Of a stretch of 64,000 bases of DNA, positions 38,001 to 50,276 are shown piece by piece (the first letter of the stretch is position 1; each line of letters starts with the position of its first letter). The position numbers and the translations under genes were made by a program. Under the pieces are notes generated by a model, which searched no databases, was not told the origin of the DNA, and saw nothing but the letters and a program-made list of their open reading frames with translations. Source of the DNA: Nemertoderma westbladi (taxonomy: Eukaryota; Animalia; Xenacoelomorpha); the NCBI GenBank assembly GCA_032718475.1, contig JAUCBJ010006943.1, forward strand, positions 1-64,000. Reading direction: 5' to 3'.

Positions 38001-40110
38001 CGGCAAGGCAGAATTCGTTGTTCTGCTAGCATGCAGACTAAGTCTTACCTTGGCCACAATAAGGCGGTGATCACTGGAGAAGGGTCAAAGTGTAAATAAA
38101 TGCATTAGAGTCTTGTATAGAGCTCCTGTATTTCCTACGAAACAGAATATGGTCTATCTGGGATTTGTGACCACTGGGTCCACATTGAGTCCATAGCTTT
38201 CCAGTTCGGTTCTTGAACTGGGTTCCAGCAGAAAACAATCCATTTCCAGAGATAAAATCCTGAAGATGGACGGAATTTCGGTTAACACTATTGCTATAGA
38301 CCCAGGGTGATGTAGGTGATTGATGCAGACTTGCATTAAAGTCTCCCAGGAATGTTTAGAATGCATGCTGATCCACTCCATCAGTAGCTGCTTGTAGATT
38401 GTGGTAGAAATTTTCCATGCGAAGTGGCAATAGATGATGCGGTTAGAGATTTGGTCTATTTTGTCCAATGCTGCAAGTGCAGTTGGATTCATCAATAGAC
38501 CAATTCCACCATTGTCACTATCATCTGCTGATGCGAGGGCGAGTCGCCAACTGCCCCCCATGTCCTTAATCAGAACCTCATCAGTCTGTCCAGTCTGCAT
38601 TCAGTGCTCTTGAACACCCACCGCGCTAAGAGAAAGCTTATCTGCCAACGCAGTCAGCTCACCTTGTCACATTGGGGACCCGAGTGTTAGGGTGTTTACT
38701 GAGGCTAGTCTAGTTAGTGACTTGCCTCAGATTCACCAATGGCTTTGTTGGTCGGGGTAGAACATGAGAGTAGCCTCTAAATCCAGAATTCCTCTCCCCC
38801 TCACAATCTGGCCTCCCTGGTGACCCAGGGTTTGGGCCAGAAAGGTCATCAGGAAAGGGACCCAAAGAATTGTTGGCTGCTCTCTCTCCTGTAGGGGGTG
38901 AGACGGGCAGCCAGTCAGGAGATAACTGACGCCTGAGGCCGATTGTGTCCAGTAATTTCACTGGCCTCTAGTGGACGGAAGATTACTAATGTAATCCATA
39001 GTGGGGGTTGAGGGGTGCTTTTTTGCCGAGTCAGCTCTCGGGGCAAATAACACACCCTGGTTTGCCATTCCACAGGGTGGGTGTTGCAGTGGAGTCAGAT
39101 ATGAGGCCCAAACTGCAGAGAAGTATATTACTTGCCAAGTTTATTACTCTCTCACTCTATCCCAGACAAATAATCAAATATCAACTGTTAGTTTGTAATG
39201 TATTATCCTACCAGCTGAATAGCTCTTCTCAGTGTCTCAACTAATAGTATATTATTGTAGTATTAGGCCTATACATGTTATTTAGCTCTAGCCAATCAGG
39301 GAGCTAAATGCCAGAACACGTATTTTTCTTTATTATATATCAACTGTTAGTTTGTAATGTATTATCCTACCAGCTGAATAGCTCTTCCCAGTGTCTCAAC
39401 TAATAGTATATTATTGTAGTATTAGGCCTATACATGTTATTTAGCTCTAGCCAATCAGGGAGCTAAATGCCAGAACACGTATTTTTCTTTATTATCACCA
39501 TGTTGTTGTCCAAAAATCTGCGGAAAAATGGAGTCAGGAAAGAAGCTAAGATCTTATTTTCTAATATAAATCCATACATGAGATAACCGTGAGTTACAAT
39601 CAGAGTTTTCGTTTTGTGTATACTATTGATAAATTAAGTCCCACCTCGATGTAGTGCTTACATTGAATGCAATGCGGTCACTCCATGAGGGCCCCTGAGG
39701 GGACCTCAGGGGTGGATAAGCAAGGTGGACAGCCCATGACTTTCTTGAGACGCATCTTAAAGGACACTGGCCTTTACGATGCGGTTGATTTAGCAAATGT
39801 CATGGGTGATTCGTGGTTGTGGCGGAGCAATTTTGTCTACAAGACGGAACAGCATTCTTAATATATAAGTATATAATGCAGTAGTAGTAGTAGTTTTTCT
39901 TTAGTTCTTGCGTATTCAAGTATATATTTCCACATGAAGCAGGAGTAATGGGGAACTATTCATATTTAATTGAATTTTTGTACATGAAATTTTGAGAAAG
40001 TTTTCTACTATTAAAGTAAAATGTACAAAATATTAATTTATATTAAATCTTTTACCTGTATTTATCCGCAGAAATAATACAACAAACAACAGATGAATTA
40101 GAAAAACCAT
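26063..40110 (-). CDS. Secreted mucin-like multi-CUB-domain protein; exons 40110-40056, 34200-32729, 31550-31391, 31148-30892, 26733-26574, 26319-26063 (~787 codons; 3' end damaged or outside view)
   Basis: Exon 1 MVFLIHLLFVVLFLRINT (signal-peptide-like, phase 1). All junctions are GT-AG and phase-compatible (1-0-1-0-1), with no internal stops. CUB motifs: GKLTSPNYPSNY, ILLTF..FDLE..FD.L.VYDG, IISS...LFLVFDSD.SVT..GF.I.Y. Confidence 0.85.
32920..34185 (-). repeat. 45-bp coding tandem repeat (TTESDHTSTSSNYPx), ~28 units, with a 315-bp higher-order repeat
   Basis: ORF 32708-34141; variant TTEI(D/G)Q units recur at ~33806, 33491, 33176 (7 x 45 bp). Confidence 0.95.
34640..35760 (+). pseudogene. 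R2/NeSL-type (RLE) non-LTR retrotransposon fragment in CUB gene intron 1
   Basis: YKYLG, APLKPQQRM.IL, D.AVR.AVRRWL.LP.DTP..YYHA..KDGGL; degraded. Confidence 0.75.
35769..39095 (-). mobile_element. Near-full-length RTE LINE (APE + RT), degenerate; same family as 4253-6076
   Basis: APE remnants 38050-38700 (NGGIGLLM, SDHRL); RT LQGDTLAP, DFADD; (TAG)n tail; 5' GGAATGGCAAACCA motif at ~39057-39071. Confidence 0.9.
39178..39495. repeat. 159-bp direct tandem duplication
   Basis: CAACTGTTAG at 39182 and 39341; copies near-identical. Confidence 0.9.
39710..39893 (+). mobile_element. RTE 3'-end fragment
   Basis: GQPMTFLRRILKDTGL..., (TAG)n tail. Confidence 0.88.
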
Positions 40111-42160
40111 AGTTGGTAAGAATGGTGGTTGGTTACTTTAGTTTGATACGTTAGGTTTATTACTGTAGCTACGTGTTCAGGATTGTTGAAGCTGCAAATT
40201 AGTAATAAATACAGTCTTCCCAACAGCAGAGGTTCCTTTTTCCTCTTTTTTCTGGACTTTCCCCTTTTTTTCTCGGATTGATCTTTTCTTCCTTTTTTAT
40301 TAAATATCATGAAACATATTGAATAAATGACTATCAACCAGGCATAGACTATACTATTACACGGTTTATCCACAGAACATTGCAGTATTGTGGCTACTGT
40401 ACATTACAAGTACATGCAACATTGTACTGTACTTTTAGGCCTACTAATTGATATAGAAACTTTTCATCATTGATTTTAGCACGAGTATGTACCGGTAGAG
40501 TAACTTCGTTTAGTCTTTTAGTCTACACATAATTTGAATTACTATGGAATTGTAGCTCTAACTGCAGAACACGGACAGCTGTATACACTATACGAAACAG
40601 AATTTCAAATTGGATTACTGCTATACTGCATGCATGAATGCATGAACCTCAGACATAGTTACATTTGGAATCATTCTAAGTTATAACGTAAGCTTTCTAA
40701 TGATATAAATATATTGTGAATAAGTTTAAGAATTGCGTCGATTCAGAGGGTGCAATTTCGGTGAAGACATATTTTTTTTTATAGCGCTTAGAACTATTTA
40801 TTTTACAAAAAGAAAGGAGCAGAGCAGGTTACAATAATATGAAATTCTAATCAAAACAAAAAAAACATTCTTAGCACGTTACTGTCTCAGAATAAATATT
40901 TAACCATGTCTAATCTTCACGCAGAGCAATATCTTTACACCATAAATAATTCCAATAATTGTCACAAACTGCCTCGCTGAATATGAAAATTTACAATGTG
41001 CTGTGTGTGACACGCGCTTATTGATTTTGTTAGAATTACATGCCACTGTAACCTGCTCTTTCAACATGGGTTAATGTTGCCTGTGGACTAAGATTTCCCG
41101 AGTGTGAAGATTGAACTAACTACTGTAACAAACTAGTCTATGTATAAAGTGTAGCAACACGAAGAGATCTTATCGCAAGGAGGCTGAGTTATTTAATAAT
41201 CATAAATCTTTATCCGAGGCTGCAATCTGTGGCTGTATGGGCAATTCTAACAAGTCATATGGAGGGATAACGAGAATGATTAGAACGCATGCCAAGTGTT
41301 ATAATTAATAGGCATACCGTTTTTATGGAATACATTTTGTTATATGAAGCTAGCCATATCCATCAACTTGCGCTTTTTGTATTTCAATAGTCTATGGAAT
41401 TTGTTGCCCCTAGCTTGCATGAATAAATGCACTAAAAGTTGACAAAGCTCCCTTATCCAGTGTCACTACTACTAAGACTATTTCGTCCGTTTCATTTAGA
41501 AACCACCTATATGCCATTTTTGCCGAAATGGAGATTTCTGCATTTCTTTATGTTAAAATGTATTCTGAATCCGATTAACACACTTAGAAGGCCATACTCC
41601 CACGTATAACTGAGATATTTAACGTTTCAAAACCACCTATATGCCAGTTTTGTATAGACCGCATGATAACGAATTTTTTTTTAAAACAACCTATATAATA
41701 AATACATTTTGCTATTACAGGATAAATAAGGTAAACCCGGGAAACGTTGATATAAAATAGGAAACAACGAGTCAGGAGGTAGGATTGTTGTTTATTATGA
41801 TAGGGGGAGATTTGATTTATATTTTTAAAACTTAATAATCGAATTTGTCTTAAAGGGTTTTAATGCTTTTTGAGTAATCATTGTAAAAAATTTAATAATT
41901 TTTTTGAAACAACCTATCCTATATCCCTGTACATAGTTTCCTACCTAATATTACCTAATTCCAATACCAAAACTGTTTTGTTTAAAATCTGTACATTTAA
42001 TGTATTTAAAAGTAAATAAGACCAAAATTATGGAGTATTATGTCAATAGAACAGATTACAGTATCTAGTATGTATCTGTTATTTGCATAAATTTTTCCCT
42101 GGGGTAGATTTTTTTTTGTATACGTCTAAAGCCCCCCCCCCCCCCCCCCCCCCAGACAAT

Positions 42161-42495
42161 TTCCAAACAGACACTATATAACATTGGATGTGTCTCATTG
42201 GTTCCCCCAAGCTTGACACTTGAACAAAGCCGCCACCGCTTTGTAGTACATTGCTTACGCCGTGAGGACCAGCCAGTGCATAATCTTGTGCTTTGGCAGT
42301 CTCATGGAGTGAATAAGCATGATGGACAGCCCATGACTTTCTTGAGACGCATCTTAAAGGACACTGGCCTTGAAGATGCGGATGATCTAGCAAATGGCAT
42401 GGGTGATAGGGAGATGTGGCGACGCAATTTTGTTGACAAGCCGGCACATCATTCTTAGAAATGCAGCTGCAATGCAGCATGCCGATCCTAGTAGT
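42161..42495 (+). mobile_element. RTE 3'-end fragment
   Basis: Matches 5730-6065 including the GCTGCA-A-TGCAGC hairpin and TAG tail. Confidence 0.9.
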
Positions 42496-42919
42496 ACAAA
42501 GATAAATATGCCCTATAATATGTCGCGACTTTTTGCAACAATAATAGACATTAATATTGTTCTGAAATAAAGATTATCGGAACTGAGAAAGTAACTCATT
42601 CAATCTGGTTATCTGGATAAACTATATATTGCACTGATGCAATAGCTTGGGCGTTATAACCTACAATATTGGAAAATAAAAAGAGAGTCAAGCGCAATAA
42701 ATATTTACCAATGGTTCCAAACTACAACAATTCATCAAACCCGCACAAGCTTGGCCTATCTGTATCTAATGTCACGCATGGGGCAGAGCGTCTGACAAGG
42801 CTTTGTGCCGGCCGAAACACAATTCAGTTTAATTTTATTTTGATTTTGTGTCGCTTTCTGCTGGTATTGCTCGGTTTTTGCTTGAGGCTGATGGTTTGTT
42901 GCTGTTTATTAATGTAAAC

Positions 42920-43832
42920 GGACCGCTTGTATCCAGACAAGTTGTATCCAATTTTCCTTTCGTAGCTCAGAAAGTGATCTTTTGCATCCCGATTTTACAT
43001 TTTATATCCAAGTTTTATTTATGGGTTTTATCAATGCAATTACATCGTATTGTTTGCTAATCTTTAAACAATTAATTAGATGACCTATAAATTCCATCCC
43101 CCGAATGATATACTGTTTTTATTAACTATATAATTATAATTATAATAATTAATTGTTTTAATTATAGGTATTATTATGTAATAGTCTTCTTCAAATTGTA
43201 GCAGATGGGGATGAATAATTATTGTTGCAATCAAAATTATACCTCTCCAGGGTAAAATCGACAAGCGTCGACCTGTATTCTGTGTTTAGCATTACATATT
43301 GATATACATATTAATTACTACCCTTCATACTATATATAGATATTATACACACTACATATTAAATTTCATGGTTACTTGCAATATTTTTAATAGGATTTTG
43401 TTGAATTATATAATATTGTAGTAATTTATATATTAAATTGGTTAACATTCAATACAGCTCCTACTTTAGGCTTATTTTAATTTATTAAGGTCAATTTATT
43501 ATCTGATGATACAAACATGAATTGATTATTTCAAAACGGTCTCAAAGTCTTTCACCACGGGCACACAGGGAAATGCCGGGGTTTGGGGGCGGCAGCCCCC
43601 AAGAAAAGAAGCGGGGGTTTGGGGGCGGCAGCTCCCAAGAAAAGAAGCAGGGGTTTGGGGGCGCAGTCCCAAAGAAAATAAGCAGGGTCTGGGGGCGGCA
43701 GCCCCCAACAAAAGAAGCGGGGGTTTAGGGGCGGCGGCCCCCAATTAAAAGAAAAACAAACAAAATTTGACTATAAAAATGTTTCTTTATAATTTTGAAA
43801 AAACTTGTCTAGATACAACTTGTCCTGTAACC
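42920..43832. mobile_element. Probable MITE containing a ~36-bp GC-hairpin tandem array (43575-43745)
   Basis: Inverted subterminal repeats TTGTATCCAGACAAGTTGTATC (~42927) vs AACTTGTCTAGATACAACTTGTC (~43802); five GGGGGCGGCAGCCCCC-type units. Confidence 0.5.
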
Positions 43833-44287
43833 ATCTTTAACTTTCATTTATTTCTTTGATGCACCCAGATTAATTTTAACACTTTAACTGGGGGGGAAGT
43901 GTGCGGGGGGTAAGTGTCCGGGGGGAAGACAAAAACATGTTCTGATATGATCATCAGATGCAGTGCTACACCCAGGGAATGGGAAGAGGATGTACAGTAC
44001 ACATATGTGGCGGTGGGCACTGTGCTGCCTACTCCCAAAAGTTCAACTTCCCCAATGTCCTCTTCTGTGCATTCTAAATTTAATTCCTATGGATATCAGT
44101 GTTAACGAATAATGACAAATTTTAATTGAAAAATAATCAATACACTACATCTGTTTATTACGCAGTTGGTCAGTTAGTTTGTAGGTTATTCTGTTAAATT
44201 TCCCAGTGTCTCCCTAAGCTAAATTTGGAGGATATCGATGTATAACTTACAGTAGTAATACACATTAGTAGCGATAGTGACTATATA

Positions 44288-45292
44288 TTGGAATGGTATC
44301 AAGGTCCACAGTGTCTTACTGCGTATGATTATCGCCATGCCAATTATGTTTCTCGACAACGTTGTCGGCTGTGCGCATCGAGAGACCATATTACGTCTAT
44401 GGACACCAACGATCTTTGTTCCTATTTCCACGAGCAACCGTCGATGGAAATCTATTGTGCATATTGTCGGCTTAATAATTTGCACATTTTTGCCGTCTGC
44501 CCCCAATTTATGACTCAATGCCATCATTGTCAACTAAAAGGACACGCCAGCTTTGATTGTCCCTTTAACCATGATTTAGAGAGCGTAGATGAAATGATTG
44601 TACTACGTTATATCAGAGCTTGGGAAGCGAACGCTGATTTACATTGTGACTCACGCCATCGCTATTATCCCGGACGCGCCTACGAAGGAGTTTATGCGTT
44701 CCATCCATATTTGTTTGCCTCCGTCGAGCAGAAATCGCGCCTATCAAGTTATGAACTATTGAAGCGCGTTGGAGAATGTATTTCAACCAAATATGTACGT
44801 AAATTTCTCAGGAGCATTAATCCGAGTGACATCCAGTCTTACAACTTAATAAACTTTATCCGTCAAGACCCTGCCTATGGAGACTTATTCGTCAACTCAC
44901 ACCCTGAGTTACAAGAAGTATATCGACGGCCTTACGAGTATCGAGCCCGCGAACGCGAGTTAGAAAGAACCATTAAACCAAGGAAGTTTCTAACTGCCTA
45001 TGGTCCACCCACGGCCCTCGTTCAGACCACTCGTAAAGGACCCGTAAGAGCGGCTGTCTTGAAACGAGCTCTCAAAGCCGTTAGACCCCTCTCCCCTGAC
45101 GTTGATGTCAATCAACCCGGTACTTCGACCGGCGGATATACCGATCGCAATCCCATACCTTCTGATGCAATCATATTGCACCCTTCACCCAGGAGTTATA
45201 GCCCTCCTAGTAAAGTGGCTCGCCCCAAAGAGAAAAGGACTCTTGCTAGCTTCAAAAAACTGCGTAAACGCCGTCCGCGCAAGAAAGACTAA
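44288..45292 (+). CDS. Uncharacterised triple-CCHC zinc-finger protein with a basic C-terminal tail
   Basis: 334 open codons; CX2CX4HX9C, CX2CX5HX4C, CX2CX4HX4C; C-terminal KKLRKRRPRKK; start uncertain (TTG; possible acceptor ~44252). Confidence 0.6.
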   Translation: MEWYQGPQCLTAYDYRHANYVSRQRCRLCASRDHITSMDTNDLCSYFHEQPSMEIYCAYCRLNNLHIFAVCPQFMTQCHHCQLKGHASFDCPFNHDLESVDEMIVLRYIRAWEANADLHCDSRHRYYPGRAYEGVYAFHPYLFASVEQKSRLSSYELLKRVGECISTKYVRKFLRSINPSDIQSYNLINFIRQDPAYGDLFVNSHPELQEVYRRPYEYRARERELERTIKPRKFLTAYGPPTALVQTTRKGPVRAAVLKRALKAVRPLSPDVDVNQPGTSTGGYTDRNPIPSDAIILHPSPRSYSPPSKVARPKEKRTLASFKKLRKRRPRKKD

Positions 45293-46788
45293 CTGTTTAG
45301 AGTATTTTTGTATTTTAGAAACTGTGATTTTGTATATTTTATAGACTTAAATCCCATTTTCTGGGAGCGGTGTAAAAGCTTTTGTGGGATAACTGATACG
45401 TTTGCCTTTGCTGGCCAGTTCCCCCCCCCGGCGCTGGAATACTCTAAAAGGGTTCTCGGACTGTATATATATTCCCCTCGCCCGCAAGGTACCTTTACAG
45501 GTGTTTTAACGGACATAAAAGTAATTCTGCTATATACGTGTTTTGGCGGACATGGTAAGGCAAAAAACCTGTAATGCACCAACTACCTTTCACAGCTTAG
45601 CCGTGATGATTCATATTACGACATCTAGCAGCTGGTTGCTGACATGGAAACAGCCATTAGATGCAAGGTTCTTTGTTTGGCTTGAGCCAATCAGAGCGAT
45701 TTTTCCTGTCGACGTGTAGCTTTTTAGTCGATCATAAGGAGAGTGTTCAGTCTTACTGTTTTTTCTTGATACTTTGTTGTTATTGCTGTCTAAGCCAGAA
45801 ACACCGGCCTTTTAGTAAGAACTATAGTAAACTGCTTGAATTATCGAAAGTATAAACTGTTACCGAACTAATTTAACTTGATAATCATACTCATTAACTA
45901 ATCTTGATACTTTTGCATTAATCATATTGCTTGTACTGTTATTTTACCGTCAGTTATTAATTGTACCTATTTGTTGATGGAAATATTGCTATTTGGATAA
46001 TACGGATAAATCACCCAATTCCCAATTTTCTTGATAACACTACAGGTTAGAGAGACCGGCTATACATAACAATTGCGATTTATATTAATGTGGTGTGTAT
46101 TGAATCCAATGTTATTTAGCAGACCCTACGTGAGTCAATTACTACTCTCTTTATGTGTGATCAAATGTACTGACTGTCGGCATAATAGTGTGTATGATCG
46201 TGATTGGTAACAAAGTATTTCCTAAAGAATACGCTTTATACTTTAATCACAAGCAGTATCGTTGCGTTTAGTATAAGTCTTAGTTCTGTTTAAATAGATA
46301 AAGCGCCACGTCCTAAAGGAACTGTTAATATTTCCCGAAAGCCAATAATATCTGTCAGAGATTAATTATTAACGATCTATCGAATAATACATTAGGTATA
46401 CACTGCAACCTTACACTGTAATAATACAATTCAAGCATCCGAATTCAGTCTCCCGGGTGTAGATCCATCGGGTGAATGATCGCGCATGGGCTGACTTCGG
46501 CTAATGTTTTGCGTATTAGCATAAATTATTGTCGTATGCTAAAGTGGTTTTAATTAACTAGAAGACATATAAATTTTGGCAGGTTAAACTGCTAAAGGTC
46601 TTCAAAAGCGCGAACATGCACTAACCGGACCGGACCGGACGGAAAGGTAGAAAGTTTTAGTTTACCAAGTCATCAAGTTGAAGTAGAGACTATGGTAGTT
46701 ATAAACGAGTTGACATGCAGAACTAACAAAATTCCGATGTTTTGGTGCTCTGAATGGGAATAATTTATTTACAGTATATATTTAAATA

Positions 46789-47241
46789 TTTTATTCCAAA
46801 ATTGTAACATTACTCAACGCCATTAGTATTAACAGCGAGTTGTTATTTAGCACTTTACAACTTTTGAGGACATTACCAGATTGTATTGGCATGTACATTT
46901 AGTATTGTATTTGGTGTTAGTAGTTAAGTAATGTCCCGTTAGTATGGACATTACTTAACGCCATCATTGGTTACCACGTAAACAATTGGTGGTATTTGCC
47001 TGACAGCCACATAGGTCTACTGCGACGTACCGGTAGGCGGGGAATAGCTATTAAGACACCAATAGCTATAAACAATTAACATGGCTCCAAAACACCACCA
47101 TAAATATAAGCCAACTTTTTTTATAACATAATTTATGTAATTTTTACATTTATTTATACAGCAACTAATGTAATTTGTGCAGTTCCTATCACTTATAATA
47201 TATATACAATCATTTCGTAATGTTACAATTTTGGAATAAAA
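46789..47241. mobile_element. MITE with 25-bp TIRs
   Basis: TTTTATTCCAAAATTGTAACATTAC / GTAATGTTACAATTTTGGAATAAAA. Confidence 0.7.
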
Positions 47242-47267
47242 CTACATACATACTTGTTGCGAAGTAC

Positions 47268-47360
47268 TTTACAGTGTTCTGATCCTCGTGGCTTTATTTT
47301 CACTCACTCACTAACGTTCGTTCGTGTAACAAAGCCACTCGGATCATCACACTGTAAAGT
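47268..47360. repeat. Imperfect ~90-bp palindromic element
   Basis: TTTACAGTG..TGATCC..GTGGCTTT / AAAGCCAC..GGATCA..CACTGTAAA around a CACTCACTAACGTTCGTTCG core. Confidence 0.55.
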
Positions 47361-47575
47361 GCGTGTATTTACACACAAGTAAGTTGACTAAATGATATGC
47401 GTAATTGTGTACTTGTCAGCTTGTGCAGTTGACTTTATACTTATATGCAAGCGCGAAAGGGGATTTACCTATATTTAATCTCTTACCTATTTTTAATCCG
47501 ACATATTTACCTAATTTTAATGTTAGATTAACCTAACCTTGGTTTAAATTTGAGGTAATCTGCCTGAATGACATA

Positions 47576-49519
47576 CAGTCCCGCTCTCAAAAAGCATTCC
47601 TTTGATCAAACATTGATCAAATATTGAAATGTACCAGGCATATAAATCATGCCATTGAGTTCTACCAAAGGCGCTGCACTTCAAAGTCTACATTCCCACT
47701 GAGCCGTGTGTCAATCAAGCAGCCCTCTCTCTCTCTCTCTCGCTCTCCCTGTGTGTGTAATGCTCCATGTGCTCTGTAGGATGTCTGCAGAGCACATAGG
47801 ACACCACGTCCATATCATACCATAGGTTTGTACGCTATAGCCGTTATTTAAACCAGTTAAAGCCTAGGTTATAATAATTTACAGCGATTATCAGAAAATA
47901 AACAGCCACATTTATTGAATCTCCACTTGGCGGTAATAAAAGCAAGGGCGGGCGGGTATGGGCTGTGTTGAGTTTATTCTGATGGGTTGGGTGGATGTCT
48001 ACCTACAACACATTATAATGGGGTGGGGGGGGGGGGGGTAGTCCACAACAAGAGAGGGGATGGGATAACTGTGGTAATATTGAATGTCTTGTCTTTCCAA
48101 CGACCTGTGAGCAAAAGTGTAGTTTGTCAGCCGGATGGTTAATGGTACATTTTTGAGAAGGTTTTTAAGGTGTCTGGTGTCCACTCATTAAGTGGGCCTA
48201 CATTTCTAGCTTACTATTTCTAAAATACGTTAGTTTTTTATGATCACACAGTTATATATACATAATTAAATTATAAATAAAAATATATTTTATGGATTTA
48301 TTTATAACAATTTCTGTATAAGAAAATTCAATACAACGGTAGCCATCGCACTACGTCAATGTCAATGGAGGCAGGGTTGTTTGATTTAAATCATTTGATT
48401 TAAATCATTGATTTAAATCATGATTTAAATCACATAAAAAAATCAAAAAAATCAGATGTTTTGATTATTTTGATTTTTTTTAAATCATGAATTTTATCAA
48501 CTATGCTTTAAGGCCAGAGGAAACATTGTATTATTGATTATTAATAAATGAGTCAAATTATCTACATATTTACATGAAAATACAGTACCATGTCCCATTT
48601 CAAATACCTACCATACATACAGTATACACACACAGTCCCAGATAATTTCCATTGCTTTATATTAGCTTAGTTTACTGGTATATTTTAATTTTTTAATGTT
48701 TTAATTTTTTATATAATAATTATAATGATTTCACTGTATTAATTAAGTTGTATTAATTCTTTGTTTTGTTTACTTGGTTTATATTCGAATATTTAGAAGA
48801 TGCATTGGTAAAGCCAGAAGTCTTCACAATGTTTTCATATCAAATCTGACTTAACTAAAAAAATATATTTTAAATCAAAAAAATCTGATTTATATAAATC
48901 AAAAAAATCTGATTTAAATCAAAAAAATCTGATTTAAATCAAAAAAATCTGATTTAAATAAAAAAAATCAGATTTTTTTGATTTTTTAAAAAAAATCATG
49001 ATTTTTATCAACCCTGAATGGAGGTCTTTGGCCTTGATTCTTTTTTAAGGAACATTAAAACTAATTTATAATAAATAATAATTTAAAAATATTCCATGGG
49101 CTGTTGTTATCTTTACTAGTAGTTAGTGTAATAATAGGCCCTACATGACTCAGTCTGGGACACTACCACAACACTGCAAAATCAAGCAAGCTCCATCCGC
49201 CGCCCTGTCAATCACATCGCGGCTTGGCCATTAAAGAAAGCCAGTGCTCGGTGGGAATCTGAGTACAAAGGCTTGCCACAGAAGAGAGATTTTAACTGTT
49301 ACCTTGAAATCATTTCAATGTCATTTCAATATGAGACAGAAAGTCTGGAATTTCGGTCCGTCTATTTCAAGGTCATTTCAATATGCCATCAAAGTTATTT
49401 CAATGTCAATGCTACTTTCAATGATATTCTATGGACACATTTTGATCAAACTTTGATCAATGTTTGATCAAAGTTTGATCAATGTTTGATCAAAGGAATG
49501 CTTTTTGAGAGCGGGACTG
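47576..49519. mobile_element. Tc1/mariner-type non-autonomous element (TA TSD)
   Basis: TA|CAGTCCCGCTCTCAAAAAGCATTCCTTTGATCAAACATTGATCAAA with its perfect reverse complement ending GACTG|TA. Confidence 0.9.
48372..49016. mobile_element. hAT-type MITE nested in the Tc1-like element
   Basis: CAGGGTTG...CAACCCTG termini; 8-bp TSD AATGGAGG; GATTTAAATC subterminal arrays. Confidence 0.9.
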
Positions 49520-50276
49520 TAGTATATTGAATTGTTAATTATTGTAAATTTATGGTAAACACATTAATTGATTGGCCAATGAAATTATATAATTCTGGAG
49601 AATCGCCGATTATACGAATACTGTAGGCCGAAAAATAATTTCTAGTATTGTTCCAAACTAATCAGATGTTTCAATTAAATATCAGACAGTCAGATGTTTT
49701 AAAGAGAACCCACCGGGACAATAAATTTTATTAACGAATGCCTTAAAACTGTGTTTCATGTTTTTTTATTTTTTTTTATTTTCTAGTATAGTCTGACAGT
49801 AGGTTGGTATATTTGGCTCGATTTCGGATCCGCACATTATGGAAGTATTGCAATCAGGAGTGCAGACATAACACCCTGCATAAGTGATGATGACATACGG
49901 CCGTACCTGCAGTGTCACACAGGACAGCAGGAGGAGACCCACAGATGACAGAGGGGACCTCCCTACCCTACAGCTACGCCTACACACAGACACAGTACAG
50001 TAGTACACAGGTTCACGGTACAGTACACAAACACAAGCTACGCCTACACACAGTACAGTAGTACACAGGTACATGGTACAGACTCAAACAGAGTTGGGTA
50101 CTGCTGTATAACAGTATAAATGCTACTGACTGACTGGTTTGTGAACTGACTGCCTAAACTTTGATTATATACTATATATTATATTACTTTTATATGCGAG
50201 CATTTATCATTGGAATTGGACCGGATTTAGTCTAATCTTCACCCTAACCATTAACAAATAGCCCAAATTGTGACCT

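Noticed and set aside
40640-41960. AT-rich region with recurring A(C/A)CACCTATA-type motifs, possibly a DNA-element remnant
   Set aside because: No termini or TSD could be defined.
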